A DNA stretch of 57,129 nucleotides, taken from Rhynchobatus australiae. Taxonomy: Eukaryota. The position numbers were made by a program, and so were the translations under genes. Of the stretch, positions 24,080 through 36,759 are shown one piece after another (position 1 is the first letter of the stretch; every line of letters begins with the position of its first letter). The stretch lies in contig JAUZTB010000063.1 in the NCBI GenBank assembly GCA_034780895.1, forward strand, positions 20,998,500-21,055,628, written 5' to 3'. Under the pieces are notes generated by a model. The model did not search any database. It saw nothing but the letters and a program-made list of their open reading frames with translations, and had not been told where the DNA came from.

Positions 24080-25170
24080 ACTGCATAGCTGCCATGTAGA
24101 GAGTGCCTTTAAGGGCTAACATCCTTTCTGAACGCTGTGTAACAAAGTCTTGGGACATGTGCTGCAAAATTGGGTGAGGTCTTATTGGGAATTGTGCAGG
24201 TTCTATTGTTTTGTGTGTAAACCATCCTTTCACTGTTTCAAGCTAGATTTTGGCTGATTTTTAAATATTCTTTTGCTGGGGACTAGATTATGCATTAGTG
24301 CTAAACAGGGCCATGTTTTAGTACCTGAGAAATGGTACAATCCAACTTCCAGATGTAGGTTGTTGTTTCTGGACTCCCATCATAAATTCTTTCAACCAAT
24401 TTATGATGGAAGTGGCCGAAGCAAACTTACCATGTTGTCGTTACACCTTGCTGCCACTGGTGGTGCTACAGCACCTTCACTCGCACGAGTGAATTGATAC
24501 AATGCGAGAAACAGAAAGTCTTATTGTCAGTCTCAATGTTCACATCCCAAAACACTTACGCACTTTCAAATAAGTCTTTTGTTATATGTGCGTCAGTGGA
24601 ATTTATACTCACAAAGTACCTCATTATGGAGTATCACAGTAGGAAGTTGAAATAATAGGTTAAATAATTTATATTTTTCCATTATGACAAGAAGTTATTA
24701 GTCATTTCAAACATTATAGTACTAAGATTGCACCTGTGTTTCAACAATTCAGAGACAATAAGGGATTTTGGATACCCGGAATGAGGGAATCAAAAGGTTC
24801 AGACAACACCTGAATCTACAAGAACAGAAACCAAGGATAGTCTCATTGTAATTTGAACATTATGGCTGTTATATTTTTTGTAAACTAATTAAAGTTGGGT
24901 TGTTAACATTTTTATAACTGTGTAATAATTTTCTAAGGCTTCATAAAGCTCGTTAATTCTCACTTTTTGGCATGCTAAATAATGGGTACGTTGAACATTA
25001 ACACCCATTCAGATTTTCTGCAAAAAAAAATCAGTAAATTGCAGAATCAGCCAAAATCCAGTATGGAACAGCATTAGGGTACTTTACATTCCAAGACAGG
25101 GCCTGCACCACACACAACTGGACATCGCACAATTTTGCAGCACATTCTCTGCCACCTTGCTATGCAGCTT
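24080..25170. repeat. Diverged inverted repeat arms (about 24080-24290 and 25005-25170)
   Basis: ATGTGCTGCAAAATTG (24157-24172) is the exact reverse complement of 25130-25145, and GATTTTGGCTGATT (24246-24259) of 25045-25058. The spacing between the two blocks is nearly equal on both arms. Confidence 0.8.
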
Positions 25171-25544
25171 TCAGTGGAGGGGAGCAGCCTCCATTGTGAG
25201 GAGGTTTGACTGTGGGGTTAGACAGCTGTAACCAACTCAGCCCAGGGTCTTGTGGTGGGCCTAGCAGGTCTCCTTACCCCTCTTACACAGGACCTTCCTC
25301 CCGCCGTGTAACTTGTCGATCAGGACTTGCGTGTCCTTTTGCGTGTTTGTGAGAAGTGTCTTCCTCTCCTCTGCAGCATCTGTCTTGTTCAAAGCAACTG
25401 AACTATGTACTATTGCTGCATGATTTTAACACAATTTGTTGCATTATGCTTTGTCCCTGGTGCTACATAGGATTATTAATATCAACATCCTGTAAGATGG
25501 ATGGTGGGCAGGAGCTGGCTGGCCTTGGGGACCTGAGGGATAAG

Positions 25545-25780
25545 ATTTTCTTTTACAGAGAGAGTGGTTGATATATGGAAAGTACTGCCAGTGGAATCGG
25601 ATATAATTACCACATTTAAAAGGCACTTAGACAGACACTTAATTGAGCAAGGAATAGAAGGATATGGAACTAATGCGGGCACATCAGATTATTGTAGATG
25701 GGCAAAAAGGTCGGCACGGATGTGGGGGGGGGGGGTGAGGGGCCCATTTCTTTGCTGCGTGACTCCATGACAATGACAAT
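25545..25780 (+). mobile_element. CR1 3' end fragment
   Basis: FFYRE/VVDIWKVLP...ITTFKRHLDRHL....IEGYG, followed by a 3' tail. Confidence 0.85.
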
Positions 25781-26584
25781 AATGAAATATCTCATAGGAA
25801 TTCAAAGGAGTCCAACTTCAAATCTTTACTTCTGATCATTTTAGACAGAGACGTTAATATTCAATTATATTATTCCAAGTGAAACATACTAGCTGCTAAC
25901 TTTGAATATATATTTCCGTATACAACCTTCAGTTTCATATCAAAAATGTGTAGATAAAGGAAAGTGCTCATTTTCAGCAGAAAAAACTCAACCTTCTCCC
26001 GTCTTCAGCAGTCCACTCACACATTCAAAGTAATTAGGCATAAATACACAGGGTAGACTGACTGCAGAACAAGTATGATCATAAACACCCAAGCAGGTGA
26101 CATAACAACTTCACTTTTAACAAACTGTGGTTAATTTTGCTGATCACATGCAATGCTGTTTCTTTTATCCTCAATGGCTAAAAGCCTACAGCTTACTGCG
26201 TTACATTGCTGCATTCCATGTTAAGATGTGATGACTACCCAAAGCACAAGTGAATAACAGTTCAAATGGACAATCATACAAGCTTGTGAGGCTTCAAACA
26301 TTGGTTGCCTTCACTTAAAAATGCCAAATTTGCCATTTTATTCAGACAAGAGTTGAAAACCAATGAACAAAATGATTTCAGAAGATGCCCATCTGTGTCC
26401 TTTTAACTTCTTACTAATAACACAGCAGTACTTATGATTTACATATGTTGATACCCACCAAAACCACCAATACCAACATTATGAACTATTACATGGTGGA
26501 ATGATCTACATATTTTAAACCATAGAATCCACAGAGCTAAAGTTAATTGTTAAGGTGATTGTTTCCTCTAGCACTTCTGCACAA

Positions 26585-26850
26585 AGAACATTACTGCACA
26601 GTATAAGCCCTTCGGTCTATGATGTTGTGCTTACATTNNNNNNNNNNNNNNNNNNNNNNNNNNNNNNNNNNNNNNNNNNNNNTCCATTTTTCTACCATTC
26701 ATGTGCCTATCTAAGAGTCTCTTAAATGTCCCTAATGTATCTGCCTCCACCACCTCTGCATCTGCGTATGCGCCACGCTCTGTTATAAAACTTACCTATG
26801 ACATCCTCCCTATACCTTCCTCCACAATCACCTTAAAATGATGCCCCCTC
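26585..26850 (-). mobile_element. CR1 3' end fragment
   Basis: AGAACATTACTGCACAGTATAAGCCCTTCGG...CTATCTAAGAGTCTCTTAAATGTCCCTAATGTATCTGCCTCCACCACC...CACCTTAAAATGATGCCCCCT. Confidence 0.8.
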
Positions 26851-28534
26851 AAGAGGAACAATTAACATGCAAGGTTTCAATTACGGTATCTCTGTAATCA
26901 GGTGGCTGAGCAATGTGCTCAGTTTATTTGGTGATCATTAGTGTTATGTCCCTGTCATTTAACCTATATTAGTCATCCTGCTTTATATGACAACATGATT
27001 CATGAGCACTCAACTTCCACTGGGCATGACTCACTGAATAAGTCAACTCTGAGCAAATATAAAATGTTTTTGAAACTGAACAAAGTAGCCAATTGTAGTC
27101 ATCTAATCAAATATTATCACAGAAGAATTCATTCCAATAAAATGTAGTCTTATCATTTTAATTGCACTTTAACGAAACTTAGCACCAACATTTGAAGCTA
27201 CTCACTGTAATTGAGGATCTAGCTGCAACCGATCAGGATTTAGGTATCTTAGTACACAGATGTGTTAATTAGTTACATACTTAGAGTCAGTCATTTCATA
27301 TACAGCAGGATATGACATGCTTTTTGACTTATTGAAGTTAGCAAACTATTTCACAACTTACATCAATGAAAATGGTTATTATACTATAAATAATTTCAAA
27401 CATTAGCTTCTAAAATATAAATTAATGGATTTTTATATTCCAACAGCAATATATTCAAGTGTAAAAGAAATATTTTACTCCAGTCAAGAGCTCATTTAAA
27501 TGCCTTTAGCCCAGAGCAAAGATGTTTCATTTTTCATTATCCAGTCAGTCNNNNNNNNNNNNNNNNNNNNNNNNNNNNNNNNNNNNNNNTCCTCCATAAG
27601 CAGAGAAACTGATTTTGTTATGTTTAATCCAAGATGAATTTTCAAGAACTCAGTAAGGCAAACTGACAGATCTCACCATCCAGTGGTTCCATCAGAAAGA
27701 AGAATAAACTAAACCTTGTTTTAGCAAGAAATCAGACTTCAATTCTGTGCAAGACAGATGACACTCATTAATCCAATGGCAGCTATCTCAAGCCTCAGTT
27801 AGAAGTTAAAGAATAAAGATTTTAGAATGAAACTAGCAAGATCACCATTAATTTTCACACTGTCACACGGGATTCCTGTCTGTTTCCTTTCTTCTATTCA
27901 TGTCATCTTATTGTCACTTGGTGAATTAGCCCCTTTCAGTTCATAGTTAGTCATTACCTGGAAATACAGCTTTCCCTCAGATCAATAAAGCTTTAAGGTA
28001 GTAGAACAAAGGCATTGCAGTCTTACTATACAAGTTCTTTTACCACCTTCCAACACATTTCCTAAAAGTACGGAAGTGTTTACTCATGAGCATCGCTTGC
28101 TAACTTATCCAGATCAATCTAATGGCTCCAGTGACTCTACACAAAAATCTAAATAGAAGTCCTAAGGATCTGTAACCTTAAACTAAACTAAGCATGAAAT
28201 TACGTGAAGTTATATCATCAGTCCAAGTTTTCCTTTCCTGAATAACGCTTGTTGAAAATGCAGTGTTGTTTTCATTTTCCTAAACTTGACCATTAAAGTT
28301 ATTGGTTGCTAGGTAATTGTGCAATCTTTAACAACGCACTTTGTGCCTTTAAACCAGATTTGGGTTGACTAAATAGCCAAAAGCTAAAACAGAGGACATT
28401 TCTCACTTAAGATTCTGAAAACATCTGTGCAAATTCTAACCGAGAGTCAAGAGTAAGTTTAACACAAGAGACACTTTACCCGGACAACATATTGAACTCC
28501 ACTGTAATTTCAAAACAGATTCCTGACACCTTAC

Positions 28535-28549
28535 CTCACATTCAGCCAT
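28535..28549 (-). CDS. Candidate alternative first coding exon of the semaphorin (MAECE)
   Basis: ATG GCT GAA TGT GAG|GTAAGG: a strong phase-0 donor, in frame with the 36-nt leader at 8947-8912. Lies in repeat-poor sequence. No expression evidence. Confidence 0.35.
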
Positions 28550-30400
28550 GCAATTGCTCCAGCAGCTTTTAGACAACTGTACCGTACTGTTTCACTTCCC
28601 ACTGTTTACTGCTTTTTTTTTGCCAAAACCATTCAATTAAATCATCAGAAGTCACTCAAACGTTAGTTGATTATTAAAACGAGGAGCTTGCACTGCAATG
28701 GAACAAAATTTCCTAAAAAAAACTGTAGCTTTCAGTGTTAGTCGCCAGTAGTGATCTAATTTTGTATTGAAGGAAGTTAGTTTCCAACCTAGCTGGCTCA
28801 TATATGGCTTGGGGAAAACAAAACCAGAGAAATTAAAGTTAATGCGATAAAGCTGTCAGTTTAAGTGATCACATTTATTCCAGTAACAGAAAACAGGCAT
28901 TATTTCTCTTCCAGTTGCTATGCTAATATATCTGTTTGTATCTGCCAGTTAGTGCCAGCATTCCTGTGTGAGAGCAGCAGGCACATAGCAAACCAATTAG
29001 GCAGAACTCACAAACCCATTGTAACACCATGATCAAGCACTCCAAAATCCTTTAATATTTAATTGTATCATTTACGGCACTATCAACCAAGATAAAGTAA
29101 TCACCCACTAATTGAAACCCACATCAACACATTCCACATTTTAAAATATGTAATTTTACACAACACTGCCTGGCTGATACAATGACACACTTTCTGAACA
29201 TACAGCAGACTTGTCCATGATCAAGATGAAATTAATCCGGTTTTAAGACATCAAATATGAATTTTGTTCTTTTGTTCCTCAAGTGGGGGGTTATTAACAC
29301 CACAAGAGCAATTTATCATCCCGTTTCATGTGACTATAAGCTAATAACCACCACACTGGCTGTTTGAAATGCAAAGTAGGTTCACTTCAAATCTCAAAAA
29401 TGTCCTGCTGCTTAAATTACATTTTCATCTCTTCAAATACATGGCACTATGTTTATGCAGTGAAGCACCTCTCCCGAGAACCTATTAACTTGAGATGGGA
29501 TTGTGGGGGAAAGGAGAGGAGTGATTGGAATCTCCATGATAAACTGCCCCAAAAATTCCTCCAACCAATCTCTAATAGACAGATTGGAGTTTCAAATCAT
29601 GTATGATATAGCCAGTATGGTAAGATGAATAGTTCAGGATTTGCTTTCTGGTTGAATGTATGAACCCTGAATATCCTCTGAATATGATTTTGCCAGTTAT
29701 GCTCAGGTGATGCCCATAGCTGCCCTGATCTTCTCAGACTCGGTGGAAGAACACCAGATTACTGTATGGGTGGGCATAACATTGCTACTTGCCTGCCTGT
29801 TGGAACCAGAAAATCTGTGTCAGCCGGCCTTTGGGAGGGGTTGTTGTTCAACTATTCCCATCCCAACCCTAGCCACATCCCATTAAATATCATCTTCTTG
29901 CAGAATGGTGACATTCATACTGTCTGTATCCTAGCAATGAAACTGCAAAACCCCACTAAACCAAGCACCTGAGGGATTTTTGTTTGTTACAGAATCTCTG
30001 AAGTAGCATAAGGTGACTGCCAAGACTGTAAATGCCTAGCAGAGGTGTGTTGACCAGACATGCCATAAAACCTCACAGACACTAGAAACTAAAACGCCTT
30101 CTAGCTTTAGTCAAGCAAAAGCTATTAACAATGATTACTTCATTTAGCTGCTGAATACCGTATGTTATACTATNNNNNNNNNNGCCTATATATCTTTTTT
30201 GAAACAAAACTTTTTTTCCTCCCAGATTATTTTCCTTCCCTTCCACTTTTCTCCATCCCTTTTCCTTGCCGGCTGAAGATAGTGATACAGATCTAAAAAC
30301 AGACATGTGAGTGTGCGTAATAGATCGATATGACAGCTATCCAGCTGGAGTTCCCACGTATGAGTCTTGTCAGTGAATATTGGAAAACCTCCCAACGATG

Positions 30401-30483
30401 TGTATGGATTGGGTTTTGAGGTGTGCCAGGGATGGAACTGTATGGATTGGGTTTTGAGGTGTGCCGGGGATGGAACTGGCGTG
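30401..30483. repeat. 38-bp minisatellite running into a gap
   Basis: TGTATGGATTGGGTTTTGAGGTGTGCC(A/G)GGGATGGAAC at 30401 and 30439. Confidence 0.9.
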
Positions 30484-32184
30484 NNNNNNNNNNNNNNNNN
30501 NNNNNNNNNNNNNNNNNNNNNNNNNNNNNNNNNNNNNNNNNNNNNNNNNNNNNNNNNNNNNNNNNNNNNNNNNNNNNNNNNNNATGTAATTTTACACAAC
30601 ACTGCACAAATTAAATGCAGAAAGAGAAATGTTCAGAAAATGTTTGAACTCACTTGTTCCAGCATCAATGCTGACATCTGATTTAACTTTGACATTTTAC
30701 TTTTGTACTTCTGCCTGAGCAGATTGGGTCATTCACAGAATATCCCATAGCTGCCAATCCTGATCAAAGAATGACAGCTCCACCTTCCTGAGCCCCAATA
30801 GCAAAATGATTACAACTGGTTTACTGGGTCTTCCTTTACATCCACTTATTAAAGGAATCTGTGTGCTGGCAGCATGCTGGTGTGCATGTTGTCTGGGCTT
30901 ACTATTTTAGAGCTGAAGAGTACTTTATATATGGGCTTCATTATTTCATTATGTATTGGCTTCGTCTCGTAACAGCTGGTGGCAGGTGGAATTGACCCAC
31001 TGCCATGCTAACATATTAAATGAACAGAACAGTAAGCATACCCTCCATTTACTCAGTGAGCCTTTGGCATCTTTACCCATAGGCCAGTGCTCAATATACA
31101 GACAGTACCATCTGTCAATACAACTCACACATGGTAACACAGCTTATACCTTGCTCCTGTTGACATGACTCACGTGAAAATAATGTCAGTATTGTCTCCA
31201 AGCAACTCCTATTTGATTACTGCTTATAAGAGGTTTGAAATAGTATGTCAAGAACAGATAAAATTTGAGTTAGTGCTTTTGTGTCGTCACCAACAGCACT
31301 TGGATCGTGGTTGTGCACAGCCTGGGCCACAGAGGTGGACTGCTGTTCCTGACATTAATGGTGAATTTCCATTTAAGGAAGAGGGAGTGTCAGACAACTC
31401 CCTTTAACACAGCATGGGAATGGGAGTTTAGATCTTAGTAGGTATCTTGGCTCACTGACACCAATAACATCAGGTGTGAAACAGTGACATACATGTGGCA
31501 TTCAAAATACTTCAGGAAGTGTAAAAAGCTACATTTTATCAATTGCCTCAATTGATGTTCAATCTTCTTGTGGAATTTTCTATATACTGTATTTTACTTT
31601 CAATCCTAAAGGAAAACTACTGTCAATAAATTTGAAAAGAATTGTACTTATAAATATTAATAGCTTTTTCAGGAGTAAAACGTTGATATTCCGATTGTAA
31701 TTAAAATCTGAATATTCCTTTAAAGGCACCAAATTCCAAGGCTGTTCAAAGAAAATAATAGATATCATGCAATGCTAACAATCTCCAGTGGTGTTACTGT
31801 CAACAGATAAAGAGCATTAATAATATATGACTAATAAATCCAATAACAAACGCAGAAGATCTCCCTATTCCCAAGTGGCAAAAAGAACGTAGTACTTGCT
31901 ACCTGGGGAGTAGTTGTGATGAGTTTTACATTTATGAGAAGCTTGGTGAGTACATAACAGAGAAGGGAATCTAACAATGCGCTGATAGGGTTTGATGAGG
32001 TAGGATGGTGGGAGGTTTTGTGCACACAGACCAGTTAGGTAAATGGCCCGATTCAATACAGTAAATTCAATATAACTAAGCTCAGGAATTCTTTCTCTAA
32101 AACCTTCCACCTCTTCTCATTCAAGATGTTTTTAGAACAAACTATTTAACCAATCTATGTGTTACCTGTCCTGAAAATCAAAAA

Positions 32185-32880
32185 ACAAAAACAAAAAATT
32201 GCAGATGCTGGAAAGCCAATCGAAAAATAGAAAATGTTCCAGAAACGCAGCAAGCCAAGCAGCACCCGTGAATAGAGAAACAGCGAATGTTTTAGACTGA
32301 GGACCCTTCAAAATTGAGAAAAGTAAAAGCAAATTAGTTTAGGTAGCAATGGGTGGAACAAAAAGAATGTATGTCATAGGGTGAAATAACACAGTCATTA
32401 AATGGACAGTTAAACTCGAGAAACAAAGGACTGCGAATGCTGGAATCTAGATGAAAAACACAATGATGCTGGAGGAACTCAGCAGGCCAGGCAGTATCTG
32501 TGGAGAAAAGCAGGCGGTCAACATTTCGGGTCAGGACCTCCTTCAGGACTGAAGATAGGAAAAGTCAGGATCCTTCTTCAGAAAGGCAGTTAAACTCCTT
32601 TGTCTGTGTAATGTGTTGCTAATGTTGTGCAGTTTGGGTGACGTTGTATAATCTGGCCTCCTGGTGTGTGTGCCTGTCAGACTAGAATATTCAAATGAGA
32701 GAGAGGAATAGTAAGCAAAAATGTCCAGTCCTGAAGAAAGATCAACTGATCTAAAGTTGGAGAGTTCAGTTTTGGGTCCTGCAGGCTGCAATATGTCCAG
32801 ATGAAAAATGAGGTGTTGTTCCTTGAGCTTATGTTAGACCTTGTTGTAACAGTGCAGGAGGCCACAGACAGAGAGGTCCT
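32185..32880 (-). mobile_element. Old Penelope-like element 3' part containing a younger pLTR insertion (32418-32586)
   Basis: Two pLTR-type blocks (32190-32310 and 32420-32560) plus reversed endonuclease C-terminal sequence at 32745-32875. CAGTTAAACTC is duplicated at 32407 and 32587. Confidence 0.8.
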
Positions 32881-34494
32881 ATCCAAATATCTCTGCTTTT
32901 GGCTTGATGCCAAATTTTAAGTGACATGGCTCACGTGAAACACCTTGGAACCTGTCATTGTATAGAAAGTGTCTGTAATTACAAAATTCTTGCTGTAGAA
33001 GTTCTTGCTGGACGAGATGATTTGTTTTACTAATGAATTAAACGGTATCTGGGTGAGGCTGTCCACATCAGACATATGTCAAAACAATGTGTGTAAGAAT
33101 TTATGGCTGTTATTTGGTATCATATGCTCCTGATGATTGCTTTACCAGATGAATATATTTCCCTGCATTGGCAACATCCTCTTGAAGCTCCCACCACAGC
33201 CAGGCCTACATAACCTGGATGTGACTGTTAAACTGGGACTGCAGTCGAAAACTCAGACCAATGTTACTCTGCATCAAGCATGGGCTCAGCAGGCTCAGCC
33301 AGTGAGAAAAAGCCACTGCCCTCTCAACAGAGGATACTGTCACAAGTCTAATTTAAAATAGTGTTTAACAGTTGAAGATTAATCTCCTACAACATTTTCA
33401 GACTCTTAAATTGGTTTACAAGGAGTTGGATCCTTTGATTACAATTATAGCACCATTCAATGACATAATGGCCCAGGTACTTATAGTGTGGTCAGGAGGG
33501 AGTTGGGGTATTCATTAGTTGCCATAAAACCAGGAATTGCAGGAAATGCAGAGGTCCTGAAGTTGAAAATTGGTATACACAATACTGCAATAATGAACCA
33601 CATGGTATAGTGGCAGTCTCACCTACCTTAAAGCAATACTTCACAGTAATACACACACTCTTCGTAGGGAGAACATGTGGGAGAGATGGGTCACAAGAAG
33701 TGAGAAACACAGCAAAAGTGTTTACAGGAAGAGATAGCAAGGGAGAGATATAGTAGGGAAGAGGGGGCAAGAGAAATTGTAGGGGAAGGAGATAGTGGTG
33801 AAAGGGGNNNNNNNNNNNNNNNNNNNNNNNNNNNNNNNNNNNNNNNNNNNNNNNNNNNNNNNNNNNNNNNNNNNNNNNNNNNNNNNNNNNNNNNNNNNNN
33901 NNNNNNNTTTAAATGAGCTCACTTTATGATTAGACTGAATCTCTTTCCACATTGATTATTTTAAGAACTCTTTTGAACTCCTTTAAAGTAGGATAACTAC
34001 TTAATCATTTGCAAGGGAGGGAAGATATAAAGTGAGTCCATCTGACATAGCTCAAGAATAATATCATAATTCGAATAATTTGGATGCTCTTTCATATTCT
34101 AGTATTGCCACACTTTGGAAATTACCACTCTTGTGCTGCATGCAAGGTTATGACTGATGTGGGTTTTACAGCCGTATCTAACATGGGAAAAGTTGGGCCC
34201 TGAGCATAATGCAAAGGGTATTTTCTTTCTGTGAAAGATAAATAACTGAAGCTTTGCTTTCAAATCTGTTTTTCTGTTACAATTGCTAAAACTATCATCA
34301 CAACTCCCGTGTACTGAATTGCAGTGTTGCTGGAGATGAACTGTCATACCATGTAGATAAGTAAAATTGTCAATAAATGTAGAATATTAAACTATGAAAC
34401 AGTCTGCCACTTTTTTAAAATGGCATATCTATATTTAAGAACAGTTTTGGGAATTCTGTTACAAGGCCTTGTATAAGGTTAAGGAAAAATCTAT

Positions 34495-34620
34495 AGCAAG
34501 CCAAAGAAAATGAGATTTGTTTTTAATGCCTCCAAGGAGGAGAGATGGTGAGGTAGAGAGATTGTGGGAGTCCTAGAGGTCAGTGTAAAGATGCAGGGGA
34601 GGATTGGCAGAGCATTGGAA
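34495..34620 (-). mobile_element. L2 LINE 3' fragment
   Basis: CCAAAGAAAATGAGATTTGTTTTTAATGCCTCCAAGGAGGAGAGATGGTGAGG...AGAGG resembles a reversed L2 3' end. Confidence 0.45.
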
Positions 34621-35149
34621 GGGACGGGCTGGGCAGATTTACTTGAGGGCTCAGGGACACTCACAGGCCGTGTTGGGAAAGTGCTTCTCTGCTGGATTGG
34701 GCAGATCCTGCCCACATGACCACATCTCTATTTTGCCGCTTGGTTCCTTGAGTACTGAGGCTCCAGACGTTAACTTCAAAGTGACAACAAAATTAGAAGC
34801 AATGCAGCCTCATTTAAATTTTACTCTTCTTGCTGACCTCTACAGAATGAATGCTGGACTAAATCCAACCATTCTAAAGTTAAACCCGGTGATTGCTGCA
34901 TTTTCAGTAGGTTGCATCCCTATTCCCTGTTTTATCCTAATTTAAGTCACCTTCAGTCATTCCTTCATTGTCCCCTAATCTGTATTGAGCATAGTGAATT
35001 AGATTAAAATTACTCTGATAAATCTCCTGGTGTAACGTAGGACTGTTAAACTGAACAAAGTCAAGACAAATGATGTACAAGAACTAAACCACACTAATTG
35101 ATATCAAAATTTGATCAATATATTGACAGCCATCAGCATAGATAAATGA

Positions 35150-35790
35150 CAATAGCATGTGTGGAGAGAAACAGAGTTAACATTTCAGGCCAATGACCTT
35201 TATCATACCCATGAAAGACTAGAAATCGAGCATCCTTTAAATTGCAGAGAAGGAAGATGAATGAAAGGGTGTAGACTAAGAGGGACTGGATGACACAATT
35301 GGTGGTGGTGGTTCTGACTGAGGGAGGATGGTGAAGGCAGGTTAGTCACAGCTAATCTGTCTGGAGGAGGCGTAAGTAGAAGGAGGACAGAGAAAACAAT
35401 GCTTGAAGTATGTGATGAAACACCACAGCTGATGGAAATTTGGAAGTAAAGGGAATGCTGGAAATACTCAGAAGACCAGGTGGCATCTATAAAGGGAGAA
35501 AACTGGAGTTAATTTTACAGGTTAATGACCTATCATCAGAAATGGCCAGTTCTCATCGAAGCTGGAAAGACTGGTTATCTAAAATTGTTGAATCCTGAGG
35601 CCTGAAATGTGCCTAGTTGGAAGATGAGATGCTGGCACTTGAGTGTACATTAGCTTATGTTCAAACAGTATAAGACTACAGAGACAGAGAGATTAAAGTC
35701 AGAGTGGGATGGAGAATTAAAGTCACCCTTGCAGACTGTGCTGAGATGTTCTGCAATCCCAATCTGTGTTTGGTTTCTCCAATATAGACA
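35150..35790 (-). mobile_element. Penelope-like element 3' part with two pLTR/hammerhead blocks
   Basis: GTGGAGAGAAACAGAGTTAACATTTCAGG (35161), GCTGGAAATACTCAG...GAGTTAATTTTACAGGTTAATGACCTATCATCAG (35455-35540), and a reversed endonuclease remnant (minus strand: QTQIGIAEHLSTVCK). Confidence 0.75.
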
Positions 35791-36759
35791 GAAGTTTGGG
35801 TCACTATTTTCTTGTAGCACCTGTTGCCTCATGAAGGTCCCCTCCTATTTCTTTCACATACACTTAAATATTAAGCAGTGAAATTCATCCTAGTATAAAC
35901 CAGGAGATTGACCTAAAACTGAGCTGCTTTAACAGAGGGATTAACTGAGGAGTTTTTAATCTCTCTATTTTGCAGGAATTTAGTAAAAAGCTTGTTTCTA
36001 TTAAAAGCTGGCATGAAAATTTGTGAGCTTAGAGACATGTGTTTCTCATTTGATTCGTGAGCATAGCATGCTGCCTTGTCAATGGGAAGGACGTCAGGAG
36101 GAATGTTCTGCAGAGCAAGGAGCACAGCTCAACCGATGCAGCTGTAATATTAGTCCCAGCCCAATGAGTCAGCCTGGAAAATGTTGCAACTTGGTGGAAA
36201 AATAGTCCATGCCTGCTGTTTGTAAGAGTTGTAAATATTCCTGTCATCCAAAAATCTGGGAGTAAGAAATGCAGAAGGTAGGAGAAAGAATAGAAGCCAG
36301 AGGGTCAATGTATAGGAGGAAGAAAAGCAAGATGAAGGAAGAAAGATGAGGGGATGAGATGCCAGAAGAGGGGGAGAGGAGGTGGGCAAGAAAGTAGAGA
36401 AAAAGTTAAAAGAGGNNNNNNNNNNNNNNNNNNNNNNNNNNNNNNNNNNNNNNNNNNNNNNNNNNNNNNNNNNNNNNNNNNNNNNNNNNNNNNNNNNNNN
36501 NNNNNNNNNNNNNNNNNNNNNNNNNNNNNNNNNNNNNNNNNNNNNNNNNNNNNNNNNNNNNNNNNNNNNNNNNNNNNNNNNNNNNNNNNNNNNNNNNNNN
36601 NNNNNNNNNNNNNNNNNNNNNNNNNNNNNNNNNNNNNNNNNNNNNNNNNNNNNNNNNNNNNNNNNNNNNNNNNNTGGGTCAAACTTTCTATTGGTTCAGT
36701 CGTAGATTATCCTCCAAGGATTGAGGCTGAAAATCTGCCCAAGCACATGACCTCCAGCA

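Noticed and set aside
24448-24472. CTCF-like site GCCACTGGTGGTGCT (also GCTGCTAGGGGTGGCACT near 6180)
   Set aside because: Each needs an indel or several mismatches to fit the CTCF core, so it is not supportable without a PWM score or ChIP data.
29705-29760. Possible 5S rRNA-like sequence
   Set aside because: Only a few short words match, which is within chance expectation.
30401-30483. CRISPR-like repeat (also 1451-1562)
   Set aside because: The units are directly adjacent with no unique spacers, there are no cas genes, and the context is vertebrate.
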